A stretch of DNA of 64,000 nucleotides, from the NCBI GenBank assembly GCA_964016885.1, contig OZ024742.1, positions 267,592,001 to 267,656,000 of the forward strand, written 5' to 3'. Position 1 is the first letter of the stretch, and each line of letters opens with the position of its first letter. This stretch comes from Eledone cirrhosa (Eukaryota). The notes below the pieces were generated by a model. The model searched no databases, had not been told where the DNA came from, and worked only from the letters and a program-made list of their open reading frames with translations. Shown in pieces: positions 44,347-59,007 of this stretch. The position numbers and the translations under genes were made by a program.

Positions 44347-44799
44347 CTGGTGTCTTAGTAACGCCAGCTTTTCAAATAAAATGAAGACACATATGAATCA
44401 TATTGGTATTTGGTTATGAGTTTGCAAATCAACATAACATCCATTATTATTGAAGGTATTGATTCTGGAAGGGAAAAACATTCCGTATAATTATCAGCGT
44501 AGTGGTTTGTGAAGAAAATACATACATCTAAATTACCCTAAAGCTGATTAAAATATTTATGTCAATATCAATTTGCAAAACTTGGGTTTTCAAATGGAAA
44601 GAATGTTAATGGGTTCGGGAAAATACAGGACTAGCCTTTCTAAATAACTTTTCATTACTTTTCACTACAATATTTTCTCCAAGCAGTTGAACGGTCAAAA
44701 TAATTTAAGCAAAAATCATTCGATTGAAGGTGATTATCATAATATGTTATAGGGAACGTATAATTTCATTTAGTAAAGGGTGACTGACTGGTAGAATTA

Positions 44800-46778
44800 C
44801 ACCGTGTAACATATTTTTTGTTCCCCGTTCTAAGTGTCATTTCATGGTTTGTTATATCCCATTATTATTTTAAAAAAACACTATTATTTAATCAGAAGTT
44901 TGGGTTTGTGGTCAGGAGTTTGATATTAGGAGATTTTCATATTTTTCAAGAAAAAAATTTATCAGTTCATATAATTAAATCAACAGAGTATATATTTATT
45001 TTATTACACAAGCTTATCAAAAGCAAACAAGTAAAAACAAATAACACTTATAAAGCAACTTATACACGTCAGAAATGACTGGATTTCCTGGATTTACGGT
45101 TGTAGTCCAGGTCGCATTCCCGCACTAGCCCCCAGATATAGTCCTCCATCATATTTTCATTGTAGTGGCCCTGGTACCTCCGCTCTATCTCTTTCACATC
45201 TTGGTGGAATCGTTCGCCTTGTTCTGAGTAGGCGCCCATATTTTCCTTAAACTTTTCCAGGTGAGCGTCCAGCACACGGAGTTTAAGCGACATCCTGCAT
45301 CCCATGGCGCCAAAAGACTTTATCAGATCCTGCACCAGTTGCTGGTAGTTTTCAGCTCTGTAGTTTCCCAGGAAGACCTTAACAACTGCCTTGAAACAGT
45401 TCCTTGCTGTTCTCTCAATCCTATTGAGCTTATTGGAGAACTCGGTAGACTCAATCACCTTCTTTATGTGAGGTCCAACAACAATTTCACCTTTGATTTT
45501 GGCCTCAGATAACTTGGGAAGAACTCAAGAAGGTACTTAAAAGCGGCTAATTCTTGGTTGAGAGCCTTCACAAACTGCTTCATCAACCCCAACTTCATGT
45601 GCAGTGGCGGCATGAGCACAATCCTGGGATCAACCAGCGGCTCCCACATGACGTTCCGGGTCGCAACTACAAATTCTGTTCGCTGCTCCCAGTTCTTTTT
45701 TTTTGCAGGGGTCAGAGGTGGCTTTGCTGTCCCAAAGGCAGAGGAAGCATTGGAATTTGATAAAGCTTCTTTGGAGTCCAAGTAGGATAGCCACCATCTT
45801 GAAGTCTCCAATGATTTCCCAATTGTACTGGTTGTATTGCAGAGCTTACAAGAGTACTTTTACACTGTAGTAATCTTCCTTCAGGCAGACTGAATGGGCT
45901 AGGGGCAGTGTCGGGAACTTGTTTCCATTGTGGAAGAGGACAGCCTTCAAACTTGTGGTGGAGCTGTCTATAAATAGCCGCCACTCTTTGGGCACAAACG
46001 GCACCCAAGAACGTCAAACAGTCCAGGCACGTCATGGCAGAAGCAGAGGCCATCCCTAAGATTGTAAAAGCCTGAGAAAGGTTCGTGTCGACTTCTCTGA
46101 CGTGTCACCTGCACTTCCTCCTTGACCAAGTTCCAGTCCTTCATCCTGGAGACGAATAGCTCTGCATTGGACTTGGTCGGACCTATATCCCTGAATAAGT
46201 CATTGACTTCTTTTTGGTTTGGGAAGTGAGGTACTTTTTCTGGTACCTCAGGCAGGTAATCCAAGTCTTCAGCATCCATCTCCTCCTCTTCATCAGAATA
46301 CTTGTCTTGGAATATAAATTTGATATGCAATACAAAATAATTATTGGAAAGGGAAATATATATTTAAATAATATAAAAGAACACTAATCGTACTAATTAA
46401 AATTCGTGCTTAAAACACGACTTACCCTTTATTCAGGGTGCGAAAATCCAGTATCAATAAATCACTTTAATACACTTTTTAACAATTTTATACTTTATTG
46501 CACTTTTATAATTTTCTTTAGGTATTACTCTTTACTTTATAATTTTAATTTAACCTGAAACATTTATTAAAAAATCATTTAACAGAAGCAAATTAAACTT
46601 ACATACAACGTAAAATCCAGCATATAAATAATTCTAGAGAATAGCTGAAAATATTTACAAACCCAAACTTTTAACTGTTTAACAGCACTTTTTTTATTTA
46701 GTTGGGACCTAAGCAACACAAAAAGGTGATTACAAGCCAGGAACAGAGAAACATTTTTTTTTTTTTTGCTACACGGTG
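44800..46778 (-). mobile_element. Chapaev3-like (CMC) DNA transposon with frameshifted transposase
   Basis: TIR CACCGTGTA at both ends; TTA on both flanks (44797-44799, 46779-46781); protein pieces PPLHMKLGLMKQFVKAL and MSLK..HL..F.EN.GAYSEQGERFHQD..ERRYQG. Family assignment is from recall of these motifs and the CAC/TWA ends. Confidence 0.8.
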
Positions 46779-47256
46779 TTATTAGATCGTAAATGGGGCC
46801 AATTTTGCCTTTCATTCTTCAGAGAAACAGAAAAAGGAAATTTTTGATAAGAATCAATATTTATTGTGCTGAAACATAAATGTCCGAGCAACTCATAATT
46901 ATATTGATGACGAATCGTTGATAAGAGAAGCTAAATATTTCGAAATCCACATAAATGTGCCCTGGTTTACGGGTATGACTCGTTGCACATCTCCATTATT
47001 CAGTAGGGCACATTAATTATAAAATGACACCAGCTTTCAATTATATCACTAAGAAGTCTTTACATTTTTGTTTATTTTAATGAGTTTCTGCCAGAGGTTG
47101 CTTACGGTAGAGGTAACATGTTTTGCCTATAATTTTAATTCCTAACTATGTTATCGATCATTGGCTTGGCTAACAAAATTTTAAAAATTTCAAACGTCTT
47201 ATCACTGAGCCGTGAAATAATTTGTCTCCCTCTCTTTTTCCCCGCTATATATATAA

Positions 47257-47259
<3 letters not shown>

Positions 47260-47326
<67 letters not shown>

Positions 47327-47386
47327 GGGGGAAGTCTCCCTCTCTTTTCCCCCGCTATATATATATATACATATAAGAAATATATG

Positions 47387-47458
<72 letters not shown>

Positions 47459-47482
47459 GAGAAATATATGTATATATATAAT

Positions 47483-47539
<57 letters not shown>

Positions 47540-47857
47540 TATTTAAGAAATATATGTATATGTATAATATATATATATATATAATATATATATATAATAT
47601 ATATATATATCATATATAAGAGATATATGTATATATATAATATATATATATATATCATATATAAGAAATATATGTATATATATAATATATATATATATCA
47701 TATATAAGAAATATATGTATATATATAATATATATATATATCATATATAAGAAATATATGTATATATAATATATATATATATATCATATATAAGAAATAT
47801 ATGTATATATATTTAATATATATATATATCATATATATGAAATATATGTATATATAC

Positions 47858-47923
<66 letters not shown>

Positions 47924-48411
47924 TATGTACACGTACATACATATATGTATGCAGACGTACAGTAGTGTGTATATATATATACATGCACACATATATATAT
48001 ATATGTACGTATGGATTCACCGAACATTTATTATAATGCTCGGTGTGTTTGTAAACAAATATTCCGTATTAAACCATCGTTGCTCGTTTGTTCAACACTG
48101 ACAAAGGAACGCTGTACTAGTTTCAAGCTTATTAGCTACCGTCAGCAACGTATACCTTCCTGCCAAGTAAGTATATATGTTCAATAATCTGGCAACACTA
48201 CGGCTTAATACGGGATGTTTGTTTACAAACACACCGAGCATTATAATGAATGTGCGGTGAATCGATACGTACATATATATATGTGTGCATGTATGTATAT
48301 ATATACATACTACTGTACGTCTGTATACATATATGTATGTACGTGTACATACTTATATTTAAGTAACAGTCGTACTAAGTGTGGGAAATGAAATTTCGTT
48401 TAATTTTGTCC

Positions 48412-48462
<51 letters not shown>

Positions 48463-48812
48463 AGATATATGTATATATATATCATATATAAGAAATATAT
48501 GTATATATATATCATATATAAGAAATATATGTATATATATAATATATATATATATCATAAACAAGAAATACATGTATATATATTATATATATCATATATA
48601 TATATAATATATATATCATATATATCATATATATATATATCATATATATCATATATATATATATCATATATATATATATCATATATATCATATATATATA
48701 TAATATATATATCATATATATCATATATATATATATCATATATATCATATATATATATATCATATATATATATATCATATATATCATATATATATATATC
48801 ATATATATATAT

Positions 48813-48859
<47 letters not shown>

Positions 48860-49060
48860 AATCATATATATATATAATACATATAACATATATATATATA
48901 TAATATATATATATCATATATATATATAATATATATATTATATATATATATATAATATATATATATAATATATATATCATATATATATATATAATATATA
49001 TATCATATATATATATAATATATATATATATATATAATATATAATATATATATATATCAT

Positions 49061-49095
<35 letters not shown>

Positions 49096-49098
49096 CAT

Positions 49099-49130
<32 letters not shown>

Positions 49131-49269
49131 ATATATATATGATATATATATATAATATATATATCATATATATATATAATATATATATCATATATATATA
49201 TAATATATATATCATATATATAATATATATATATATCATATATATAATATATATATATATATAATATAT

Positions 49270-49320
<51 letters not shown>

Positions 49321-49321
49321 T

Positions 49322-49360
<39 letters not shown>

Positions 49361-49404
49361 TATATATATATGATATATATATCATATATATATATAATAT
49401 ATAT

Positions 49405-49435
<31 letters not shown>

Positions 49436-49467
49436 CATATATATATATAATATATATATATATATAT
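47260..49467. repeat. Complex (TA)n arrays with a ~35-bp higher-order unit, surrounding an inverted pair of the ATGCAAAT-family repeat (47918-48415)
   Basis: catatataagaaatatatgtatatatataata repeated; 47918-48070 is the inverse of 48205-48362. Confidence 0.85.
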
Positions 49468-50427
49468 AATAAAGAAACAAATTCTAGGAAAACTTACAGT
49501 AGAATAATTAATCATGACCATTCCAATAATTTTAATAAAAGACCTAGATACAAAAACATAATCTGGTATAATGCTCCTTTCTCCATCTCTATTAATAACA
49601 ATATTCCTAAATTATTTTTTAGTGCCTTAAATAAATGCTTCCCTCCCTCACATATCTATAGTAAAATATTTAACAAACACACCATCAAATTTTCGTATTC
49701 TACATCCTCCAATATTTCCAACATCATCTCTAAACACAACAACAAAATATTAAATACTAAATCTCTTCCATCCAATATTGAATTTCATAATAACAGTAAT
49801 AGTACTCCCGACGTCATTGTAAACCCTAGGCTAACTTCTGTAAACCCAAATACAACGTCAAACACAACTTCGCTAAATGTTCATAATCCAACTCTAAATC
49901 AAGAAACTATTATTCCTATTATTCCTATCGCAAACAACTTCTCCAATCCAATTCCTTCTATAGATAACACTAGATCACTCATTAATAATCTCTCTAATTG
50001 CAACTGCCGCATTAAAAATAAATGTCCTCTCAACAACCATTGCCTCGATAAAAACTTAATTTATGAATGTAAAATTATAACTAGCACCAATTCCTTCACC
50101 TATTTTGGCTCCACTTCCACCTCTTTTAAAGCTCGTCTCTATAATCATCATTCATCTTTCAAATACAAACTTAAAAGAACTAACACTGCTCTCTCAGAAC
50201 TTATATGGTCCTTAAAAGACAAAAACATTAAATATACCATCTTTTGGAAGAAGATTTCTTCTGCATCCTCATACTTGAACAGCTCCCTATCTAAAATCTG
50301 TAATCTCTGCCTAAATGAAAAATTTACCATTATCTCTAACCTAGATTCTATAATAAATAGACGCTCAGATTTGTTTTCTATCTGCCTGCATAAATTCCAT
50401 AGAACTTTTCACAAAGTATACAGTTAA
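49468..50427 (+). CDS. Start-less open frame: PLE linker and GIY-YIG endonuclease (not in ORF track)
   Basis: Hand translation shows no stop: NIIWYNAPFS..CNCRIKNKCPLNNHC..LIYEC..YFGSTSTSFKARLYNH..TALSELIWSLK..CNLCLNEK..INRRSDLFSICLH, TAA at 50425-50427. Confidence 0.85.
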   Translation, partial: NKETNSRKTYSRIINHDHSNNFNKRPRYKNIIWYNAPFSISINNNIPKLFFSALNKCFPPSHIYSKIFNKHTIKFSYSTSSNISNIISKHNNKILNTKSLPSNIEFHNNSNSTPDVIVNPRLTSVNPNTTSNTTSLNVHNPTLNQETIIPIIPIANNFSNPIPSIDNTRSLINNLSNCNCRIKNKCPLNNHCLDKNLIYECKIITSTNSFTYFGSTSTSFKARLYNHHSSFKYKLKRTNTALSELIWSLKDKNIKYTIFWKKISSASSYLNSSLSKICNLCLNEKFTIISNLDSIINRRSDLFSICLHKFHRTFHKVYS

Positions 50428-51430
50428 TATTCAATTCTTTATCAATTTAGAATCTTTTCTCAAAGGCACATATACATACACCTCTTTAAAATATACCCAT
50501 CTACCTTACTTTAAAGGGCATTATACACTGTATAATACTCGTTTACTCATTACCCTCATTCTATCTTCTCGTAAAATAATAACATTTGTTTTTGACATTT
50601 TGAATATTCATCCGCAATCATTATTATTTTTTCTCTCTATCATAAATCTTTTTAATCTCAATTTCATCCTTAATTTATTATTATTTTTTTCTCCCCATCA
50701 ACGAACTCATTATTAATACACATTAACTCTTTATTCGCACATATTATCAATTCAATATACAAACTTTAACTTCACATTATTTTTCTCAAATCCTTCTACA
50801 CACAAACCTTAACAATTTTTCTCTTCGCTAATTTTGAAATTGCCACAATACATACATTTCTTCTTTTGACGTTAGAATATTCACCCACAATTATTATTTT
50901 TTTCTCTCTATCTTCATACATAATTTCCCTTCGTTAATTTTCAAATTCCTTTAATTTATACATTATCTTCCAACGGTTCCCAACCTCTCTATATTAAAAC
51001 AATATATCTTTTTCTCAGTTATAAAAACAATCTCTTTCTCTCTATCACCCATCTCTCCCTCTCCACCTTCACTCTCATCTCCTCCCCCTTTTTTTCATCC
51101 TTTCCACCCCCCCTCCCTAAATAAAATATTTTTTCCTCGCACATATCCTCCCTTCGTTAATTTTCAAATTTTTTAATTTATCCAGTATCTTCCAACGGTT
51201 TTCAACCCCTCTATGTAAAAAATATATCTCCTCTCAGTTATAAAAACTATCTCTTTCTCTCTATCACCCATCTCTCCCTCACATCTCCTTCCCTTTTCAT
51301 CCTTCCCCCTCCCCTCTCTAAATAAAATATTTTTCCCAATATCACACATCAATCTAAAACCACTTTTCATATGTGTATTTAAAACTGCACTATCCACAAG
51401 TGTTTTTTAGCCTTCATATCATGTTCTCCT

Positions 51431-51499
51431 GTTTTATCTGATGAAAACACAAATATTATTGCTTGATAATGTTTGTTTTTGAAATGCGCATAATAAAAT
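51431..51499 (+). ncRNA. Type I minimal hammerhead ribozyme in PLE pseudo-LTR
   Basis: Stem I gttttat/ataaaat; CUGAUGA 51438-51444; ~15-bp stem II with GCUU loop; GAAA 51481; palindromic AUGCGCAU; UA site at 51492. Confidence 0.9.
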
Positions 51500-51601
51500 A
51501 TATGGAACTCCTTTAACCATCTTTTGATCTTATATTATATAATATATATATCATATATATATATAATATATATATATATAATATATATATCATATATATA
51601 T

Positions 51602-51633
<32 letters not shown>

Positions 51634-51667
51634 ATATATATATATATAATATATATATATATAATAT

Positions 51668-51724
<57 letters not shown>

Positions 51725-51789
51725 TATAATATATATATATATATCATATATATATATATATATATACATATATATACATATATATATAA

Positions 51790-51836
<47 letters not shown>

Positions 51837-51955
51837 TATATATATATATATATATATCATATATATATATCATATATATATATATATATATATCATATAT
51901 ATATATATCATATATATATATATATATCATATATATATATATCATATATATATAT

Positions 51956-52166
<211 letters not shown>

Positions 52167-52193
52167 CATATATATATACATATATATATATAT

Positions 52194-52282
<89 letters not shown>

Positions 52283-52944
52283 GAATTAGTATATCTACAC
52301 AAAACACGCACACACACAAGCACACAAATAAACATACGTATCTTTACTTTCTTTATTCAATAGAAAATCTGAATTCTGACACCCCAGCGAACTAACCATA
52401 TTCACTGAACCAGAACAATTCTCCCTTCCAATTTCTCTTCATTATTATCTTTTACTTGTCATAAAATTCTCTAAAAAGGCTACAGAATAGATTTCCAAAT
52501 AAGGGCGCGAAAATTTAATTGAAACTTGTTCACGTGACAGCAATAATTTCATTTATAACCAATCAAATTATGTTTATTAAAATAAAGCCTCCGTGAGCCC
52601 CTTTTTTAAGTAAAAAGAAATTCAAATATTTAAAAACAACCTGTGATACCCCCCTCCCTAGTTTGAAGAACTTTGTAACGCGAACTGGCGCGACATTTAT
52701 TATAATTATTGACCTACCAATCAAATTACTTCTCGAAAAACCTGGCATTTCGAGCCACTTTTTCCATATAAAACAAGTAACATTCAGAGACCAACCAGAT
52801 GTGACAAAAAATACAGACCCCTCATCTCAACTCTACTTTTGAAAAGCAGTAGAAATACGAAACCGGTAAAGGAACCAAATAAATATATATATTTTTTTAG
52901 AAATAAGACTCCAGTTGCATTTTCGATTTCATGTTTTTTTTCTT

Positions 52945-53003
<59 letters not shown>

Positions 53004-53037
53004 TATAAAATATATATAATATGTATATCATATATAT

Positions 53038-53086
<49 letters not shown>

Positions 53087-53109
53087 TATAATATGTATAT
53101 CATATATAT

Positions 53110-53152
<43 letters not shown>

Positions 53153-53175
53153 TATATATATAAAATATACATATA

Positions 53176-54470
53176 TATAAGTGCCCACCTAAATATATTC
53201 TTACATGAATATATATTAGGCTTCTACATAAATTGGAAACGTTCTCCCAACTTGTAGAAAACTTATAATGAAACAATTGTTTGGAAAGAGATATACTTTA
53301 ACTTTAATTATATCTCATAAAATAATACAACTGGTTTTTCCACATTATACATATTGTTAGCATCCCAAACACTAAAATTGGGTTTATATTTAAATATAAC
53401 CTAATGTTTTTTGAGTGAGATGGTTACCAGTCAAAGTTTAGTTTTAAACTATCTCTGTTATCGTATTAAATATTTACTCTTGATTGGCCAGAAGTGTTTA
53501 TTTCCAGGTACCTTATGAATTTGACTTTCCGTATTTATTACTGTTGTGAAATATTGTGGCTTTTTTTGGTTGTAACTTCTCTGATTTTTAGCCTAAGAAA
53601 ATATATATATATGCCTACGTATATAATTACATGCATATACTTATTTATTTTCTTTTATTAATTGAGTTCTTTACACGAGGAATTAATATTGGTTTTGAAA
53701 TAACTAATTAACCCGCGTGTGTTTTATATTTTACTCTTAATTCGGCCGGAGAATTATATTCCCATTTGCCCTTTATAGCATAACTTTCTGCATTTACTGC
53801 GGTTATGAGAAGCGGTTCTTATTCGGGTACAACTTCTGATTTAGCCTAAGAAAATATCTATATGCGTGTGTAATTTATACAAGCATATATTTATTTTTTT
53901 ATTTTCAATTGATTTCTTAAACACGTTGGATTGATAATGTTTTCAAAAAACTAATTAACCCGCGTGTATATTATTTTTTTCCCTCATTTCGTGTATCGTG
54001 GGTAGTCTGCCCTTCCCGCTTCGTGTCACTATGATACTTCCCCAGCCAAAAACTGCTGGAATTTCAAATTTGGCGGTCATTCGAGGCGAGAGAGAGTAAC
54101 TTTACGGACACGATTTTTGACAGCGGTAAGAAATTATTTTCTTATATCAAAGTTTAACGGGCTTCCACTGATGATTTATAAGTGCCCATATAAATATATT
54201 CTTACATGAATATATATTAGGCTTCTACATAAACTGGAAACATTCTCCCAACTTGTAGAAAACTTATAATGAAACAATTGTTTGGAAAGAGATATACTTT
54301 AACTTTAATTATATCTCATAAAATAATACAACTGGTTTTTCCACATTATACATATTTTTAGCACCCCAAACACTAAAATTGGGTTTATATTTAAATATAA
54401 CCTAATGTTTGTTGAGGGAGATGGTTACCAGTCAGAGTTTTGTTTTAAACTATCTCTGTTATTGTATTAA
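53176..54470 (+). mobile_element. Non-coding element with 294-bp terminal direct repeats and an HHR-like motif
   Basis: 53176-53469 matches 54177-54470; internal ~250-bp diverged duplication; CTGATGA at 54168, long hairpin, GAAAC at 54237; (TA)n on both flanks. Confidence 0.7.
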
Positions 54471-54526
54471 TTATATATATATATAATATATATATATGTA
54501 TATATATATATATAAAATATATATAT

Positions 54527-54579
<53 letters not shown>

Positions 54580-54794
54580 AAATATATATCATATATATAT
54601 ATATATATATAAAATATATATCATATATATATATATTATATATAAAATATATATCATATATATATATATTATATATAAAATATATATCATATATATATAT
54701 ATTATATATCATATATATATCATATATATATATATATATCATATATATATATATCATATATATATATATATATATATATCATATATATATATAT

Positions 54795-54862
<68 letters not shown>

Positions 54863-54879
54863 TATATATATATATATAT

Positions 54880-54993
<114 letters not shown>

Positions 54994-55039
54994 GATATAA
55001 AATATATATAATATATATATATATATTTATAGATATATA

Positions 55040-55079
<40 letters not shown>

Positions 55080-55115
55080 GATATATAATATATAATATAT
55101 ATATATATATATATA

Positions 55116-55159
<44 letters not shown>

Positions 55160-55205
55160 ATATTAAAATACAAATATTAATTAAATTGACGTTCTTTTGA
55201 TCAAT

Positions 55206-55264
55206 TACATTTTATTATACATATTTCGGATGTACAACAATACGTCCTCATCAGACAAAATATA
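55206..55264 (-). ncRNA. Type I minimal hammerhead ribozyme (solo pseudo-LTR)
   Basis: Minus: tatattttgt-CUGAUGA-ggacgta ttgttg tacatcc-GAAA-tatgta-UA-ataaaatgta. Confidence 0.87.
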
Positions 55265-55701
55265 ATTATACATGACATACCCTGAGATGTTAAATGGTTA
55301 ATATTTAATCAAGGTGGTGATTAACCCAAGAAAAATTTAACATTTATACCCTAATAATAAGAAGATGCGAAAACGTAATAAATTCAATAGAGAAAGTGCG
55401 AGTAAGAAAAACGTTGCTTAATGTAACAATGATATAGATATTAAGATGTGTAGTACTACAATTTATGAATAAAGGGTGTAATATGCTGAAGGAGATTTAT
55501 TTTTGCCGAAAGTTAAACGGGTAATTTAGAAAATATTTAATTTATGGTATTATAGGGGAAAGATTCAAGATTTTGGATTTTTAAAAAACAAATATATATA
55601 TATATAAGAAATATATGTATATATATAATATCTATAATATATATATATAAAGCGATGAAATGCCTAGGACGGTTGGAAGGCCACTGATGAAGGACTTACT
55701 T

Positions 55702-55774
<73 letters not shown>

Positions 55775-55775
55775 C

Positions 55776-55810
<35 letters not shown>

Positions 55811-55895
55811 TATATAACGAAGGAAATGTGGTAAGGAACCAGGTGGACCATAACGCACCAAAGTACTCAATACTTGGGGTAGTAGAGTGGGTAAT

Positions 55896-56435
55896 AGGAA
55901 CCAGTAAGACCCCGACGGCTGAGCTCAAGCCGTTTCGACGGCTAATTTTGGACTAAATGAACATTTTTCCTGGTATTTAAATAGCCGATCTTCTCAAGGG
56001 GTAATTCCATATATGGTCAAAGTGATTGTCAAAAGTCAGTGGTAATTCTGTGAGTGCAAATTAGTAGGGGAGATGGTGGCTAAACCTGCCAGTAGGAGAA
56101 AGAGGGGAAGGGGTGGAGTAGACCCAATCAAGCGTTGGTAGTGCCAGCTACAGCTGGGCATGAGGAATCATGCCCAGCTGTAGCTGGCACTACCAACGCT
56201 TGATTGGGTCTACTCCACCCCTTCCCCTCTTTCTCCTACTGGCAGGTTTAGCCACCATCTCCCCTACTAATTTGCACTCACAGAATTACCACTGACTTTT
56301 GACAATCACTTTGACCATATATGGAATTACCCCTTGAGAAGATCGGCTATTTAAATACCAGGATAAATTTTCATTTAGTCCAGAATTAGCCGTCGAAACG
56401 GCTTGAGCTCAGCCGTCAGGGTCTTACTGGTTCCT
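55896..56435. repeat. 540-bp near-perfect palindrome (268-bp arms, GGAA loop)
   Basis: Arms 55896-56163 and 56168-56435 differ at only a few positions. Confidence 0.95.
55909..56002 (-). ncRNA. Hammerhead ribozyme with U3:A8 variant core (mirror copy on plus strand at 56329-56422)
   Basis: acccc-UUGAGAA-ga(t)cggcta...tagccgtc-GAAA-cggc ttgagctca gccg-UC-ggggt. Confidence 0.78.
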
Positions 56436-56849
56436 GGGCACCATGTGCATGTCTGGCTAAGGGTCACTTCTTTATTATCGGACGGAACCCGTTGATAAAG
56501 CTCTTCCGGTCCAGTCCTTCTCTAGAAGTCTTATATATTTTTTATGTGGGCTGATAGTGAATGGATTAAGTAATTGCAGAAACCCAAGAAGCTAGATTTA
56601 ACACCCTTCTAGCGGGTCCGGGTAAGTTTTTTACATTCATTTAAATTATTGATATTTTATTTGAGTGACCCGAATCTTCCTGGTCGTTCTTTTTCGGCTG
56701 TACGGGTGATTTTAGGCATAATCTCTATGTGTTGGTAATTTAACGATGGTTATAGCTCTGATTTATCCAAATTATTGAGCCCTCTGCCACTCATATCGGA
56801 TATTGTTTATCGTTAATTCATGAGCTGATTTTCCGATACTCGATTATTC

Positions 56850-56984
<135 letters not shown>

Positions 56985-57116
56985 TATATATATATACATA
57001 ATATATATATATATATATACATAATATATATATATATATATATACATAATATATATATATATATATATACATAATATATATATATATATATACATAATAT
57101 ATATATATATATATAC

Positions 57117-57154
<38 letters not shown>

Positions 57155-57230
57155 ATATATATATATATATATATATACATAATATATATATATATATATA
57201 TATATACATAATATATATATATATATATAC

Positions 57231-57376
<146 letters not shown>

Positions 57377-57402
57377 CATAATATATATATATATGTATAT
57401 AC

Positions 57403-57456
<54 letters not shown>

Positions 57457-57458
57457 TG

Positions 57459-57509
57459 AGATTCTACAGGACTAGAACTGTTTCATTCTTTAGAAATCAT
57501 CAGGAATCT
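57459..57509 (-). ncRNA. Hammerhead motif, same family as 28672-28808
   Basis: agattc-CUGAUGA-tttctaaagaat-GAAA-cag ttctagtc ctg-UA-gaatct; abuts (TA)n. Confidence 0.75.
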
Positions 57510-58056
57510 GGGTATCAAAAAATAAGTATGGTATTTATAGGTCTCTACAAGTGGTAGGAGAGGGTGGGGAGTGGGATGGGTGTAGGTCATTGGTTGACAG
57601 AAAAGGGAATTCATTAAAAGCTAATTCTACAAAGCTATAGTTTATTTTTATTTATTTTTGTTTTTAGAGTAACAAAGGCAGACAGAATTCTATAAACAGG
57701 TTCAGGATGGTATGCCATTCCTTGTTATTAAGTTTCTCTTAAGCTAACAGGTGTCTATAAGATCAGTGGGGGGTCAGTCATGGTAGATAGATTTAAAGGA
57801 AAGGGAGATTCTTTAAAAGCTAAATTCATTAAGGTTCTATTAAGTGACAAAGGTTTAGAGAATTCTGTAGACAAATTCAGAATATTGAGAGCATATCTTA
57901 CAATTATCTTCAAATTTCTCATAAACTATTCAACTATATGCCAGAAATCAACAGACACATTCACAAAACACACTCACTCACACACTCGCGCGCAACCATA
58001 AACACACATACACATACACATATACACACATAAAAACACACACACACATATAAATA

Positions 58057-58137
<81 letters not shown>

Positions 58138-58173
58138 ACATATACACACAAACACAAATACACACATAAATAC

Positions 58174-58240
<67 letters not shown>

Positions 58241-58311
58241 TATATATATATAAAAAAATATATATATACATATATATATATACACACACGCATACACATA
58301 CACTCATATAC

Positions 58312-58344
<33 letters not shown>

Positions 58345-58461
58345 TATATATACATATATAAGGAAACATTGAACGGGAACAAAACAGAACATATATATAT
58401 ACACACACATACACCATACATACATATATTTATATATAGAGATACACCATTCATACATATA

Positions 58462-58505
<44 letters not shown>

Positions 58506-58574
58506 TACATACACATACACATACAAATACATATATACATATATATATACATATATATATATACATATATATAC

Positions 58575-58621
<47 letters not shown>

Positions 58622-58962
58622 TACATATATACATATATATACATATATATACACACACACATACATATACACATACATACACATACATATACACACACAC
58701 ACATACACACACATACATATATATAAATATATATATATATTTCGTTTCTGAATTTGTTTAGCAAGATTCTTTATCTGAAATCGTGTGTTGTAACCGATAT
58801 TGTTATACTTTGGGAGGGTCATGTTGCCAATAAGAAACACACGCACCAGTTGCTTTCACTTCAATTTATTATATATTTATAAATTTATAAATTTACAAAT
58901 CTACAAATTTATAAATTTCTGGTTGGTTGGTTGGTTCCACAACCAGATAGTTGTTTATATAT

Positions 58963-59007
58963 AGTCATAGTCCTTTCGTCACACACTCTGTGACCTCTTC
59001 AGTGACT
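58963..59007 (-). ncRNA. Minimal hammerhead motif in the 3' pseudo-LTR of the 59216-61260 PLE
   Basis: agtca-CUGAAGA-g-gtcaca gagtg tgtgac-GAAA-ggac-UA-tgact; one extra nucleotide before stem II. Confidence 0.72.

Noticed and set aside
52563-52748. FFKLGRGVSQ resembling the L1 RT RGVRQG motif
   Set aside because: Only one weak motif; flanking RT motifs not found.
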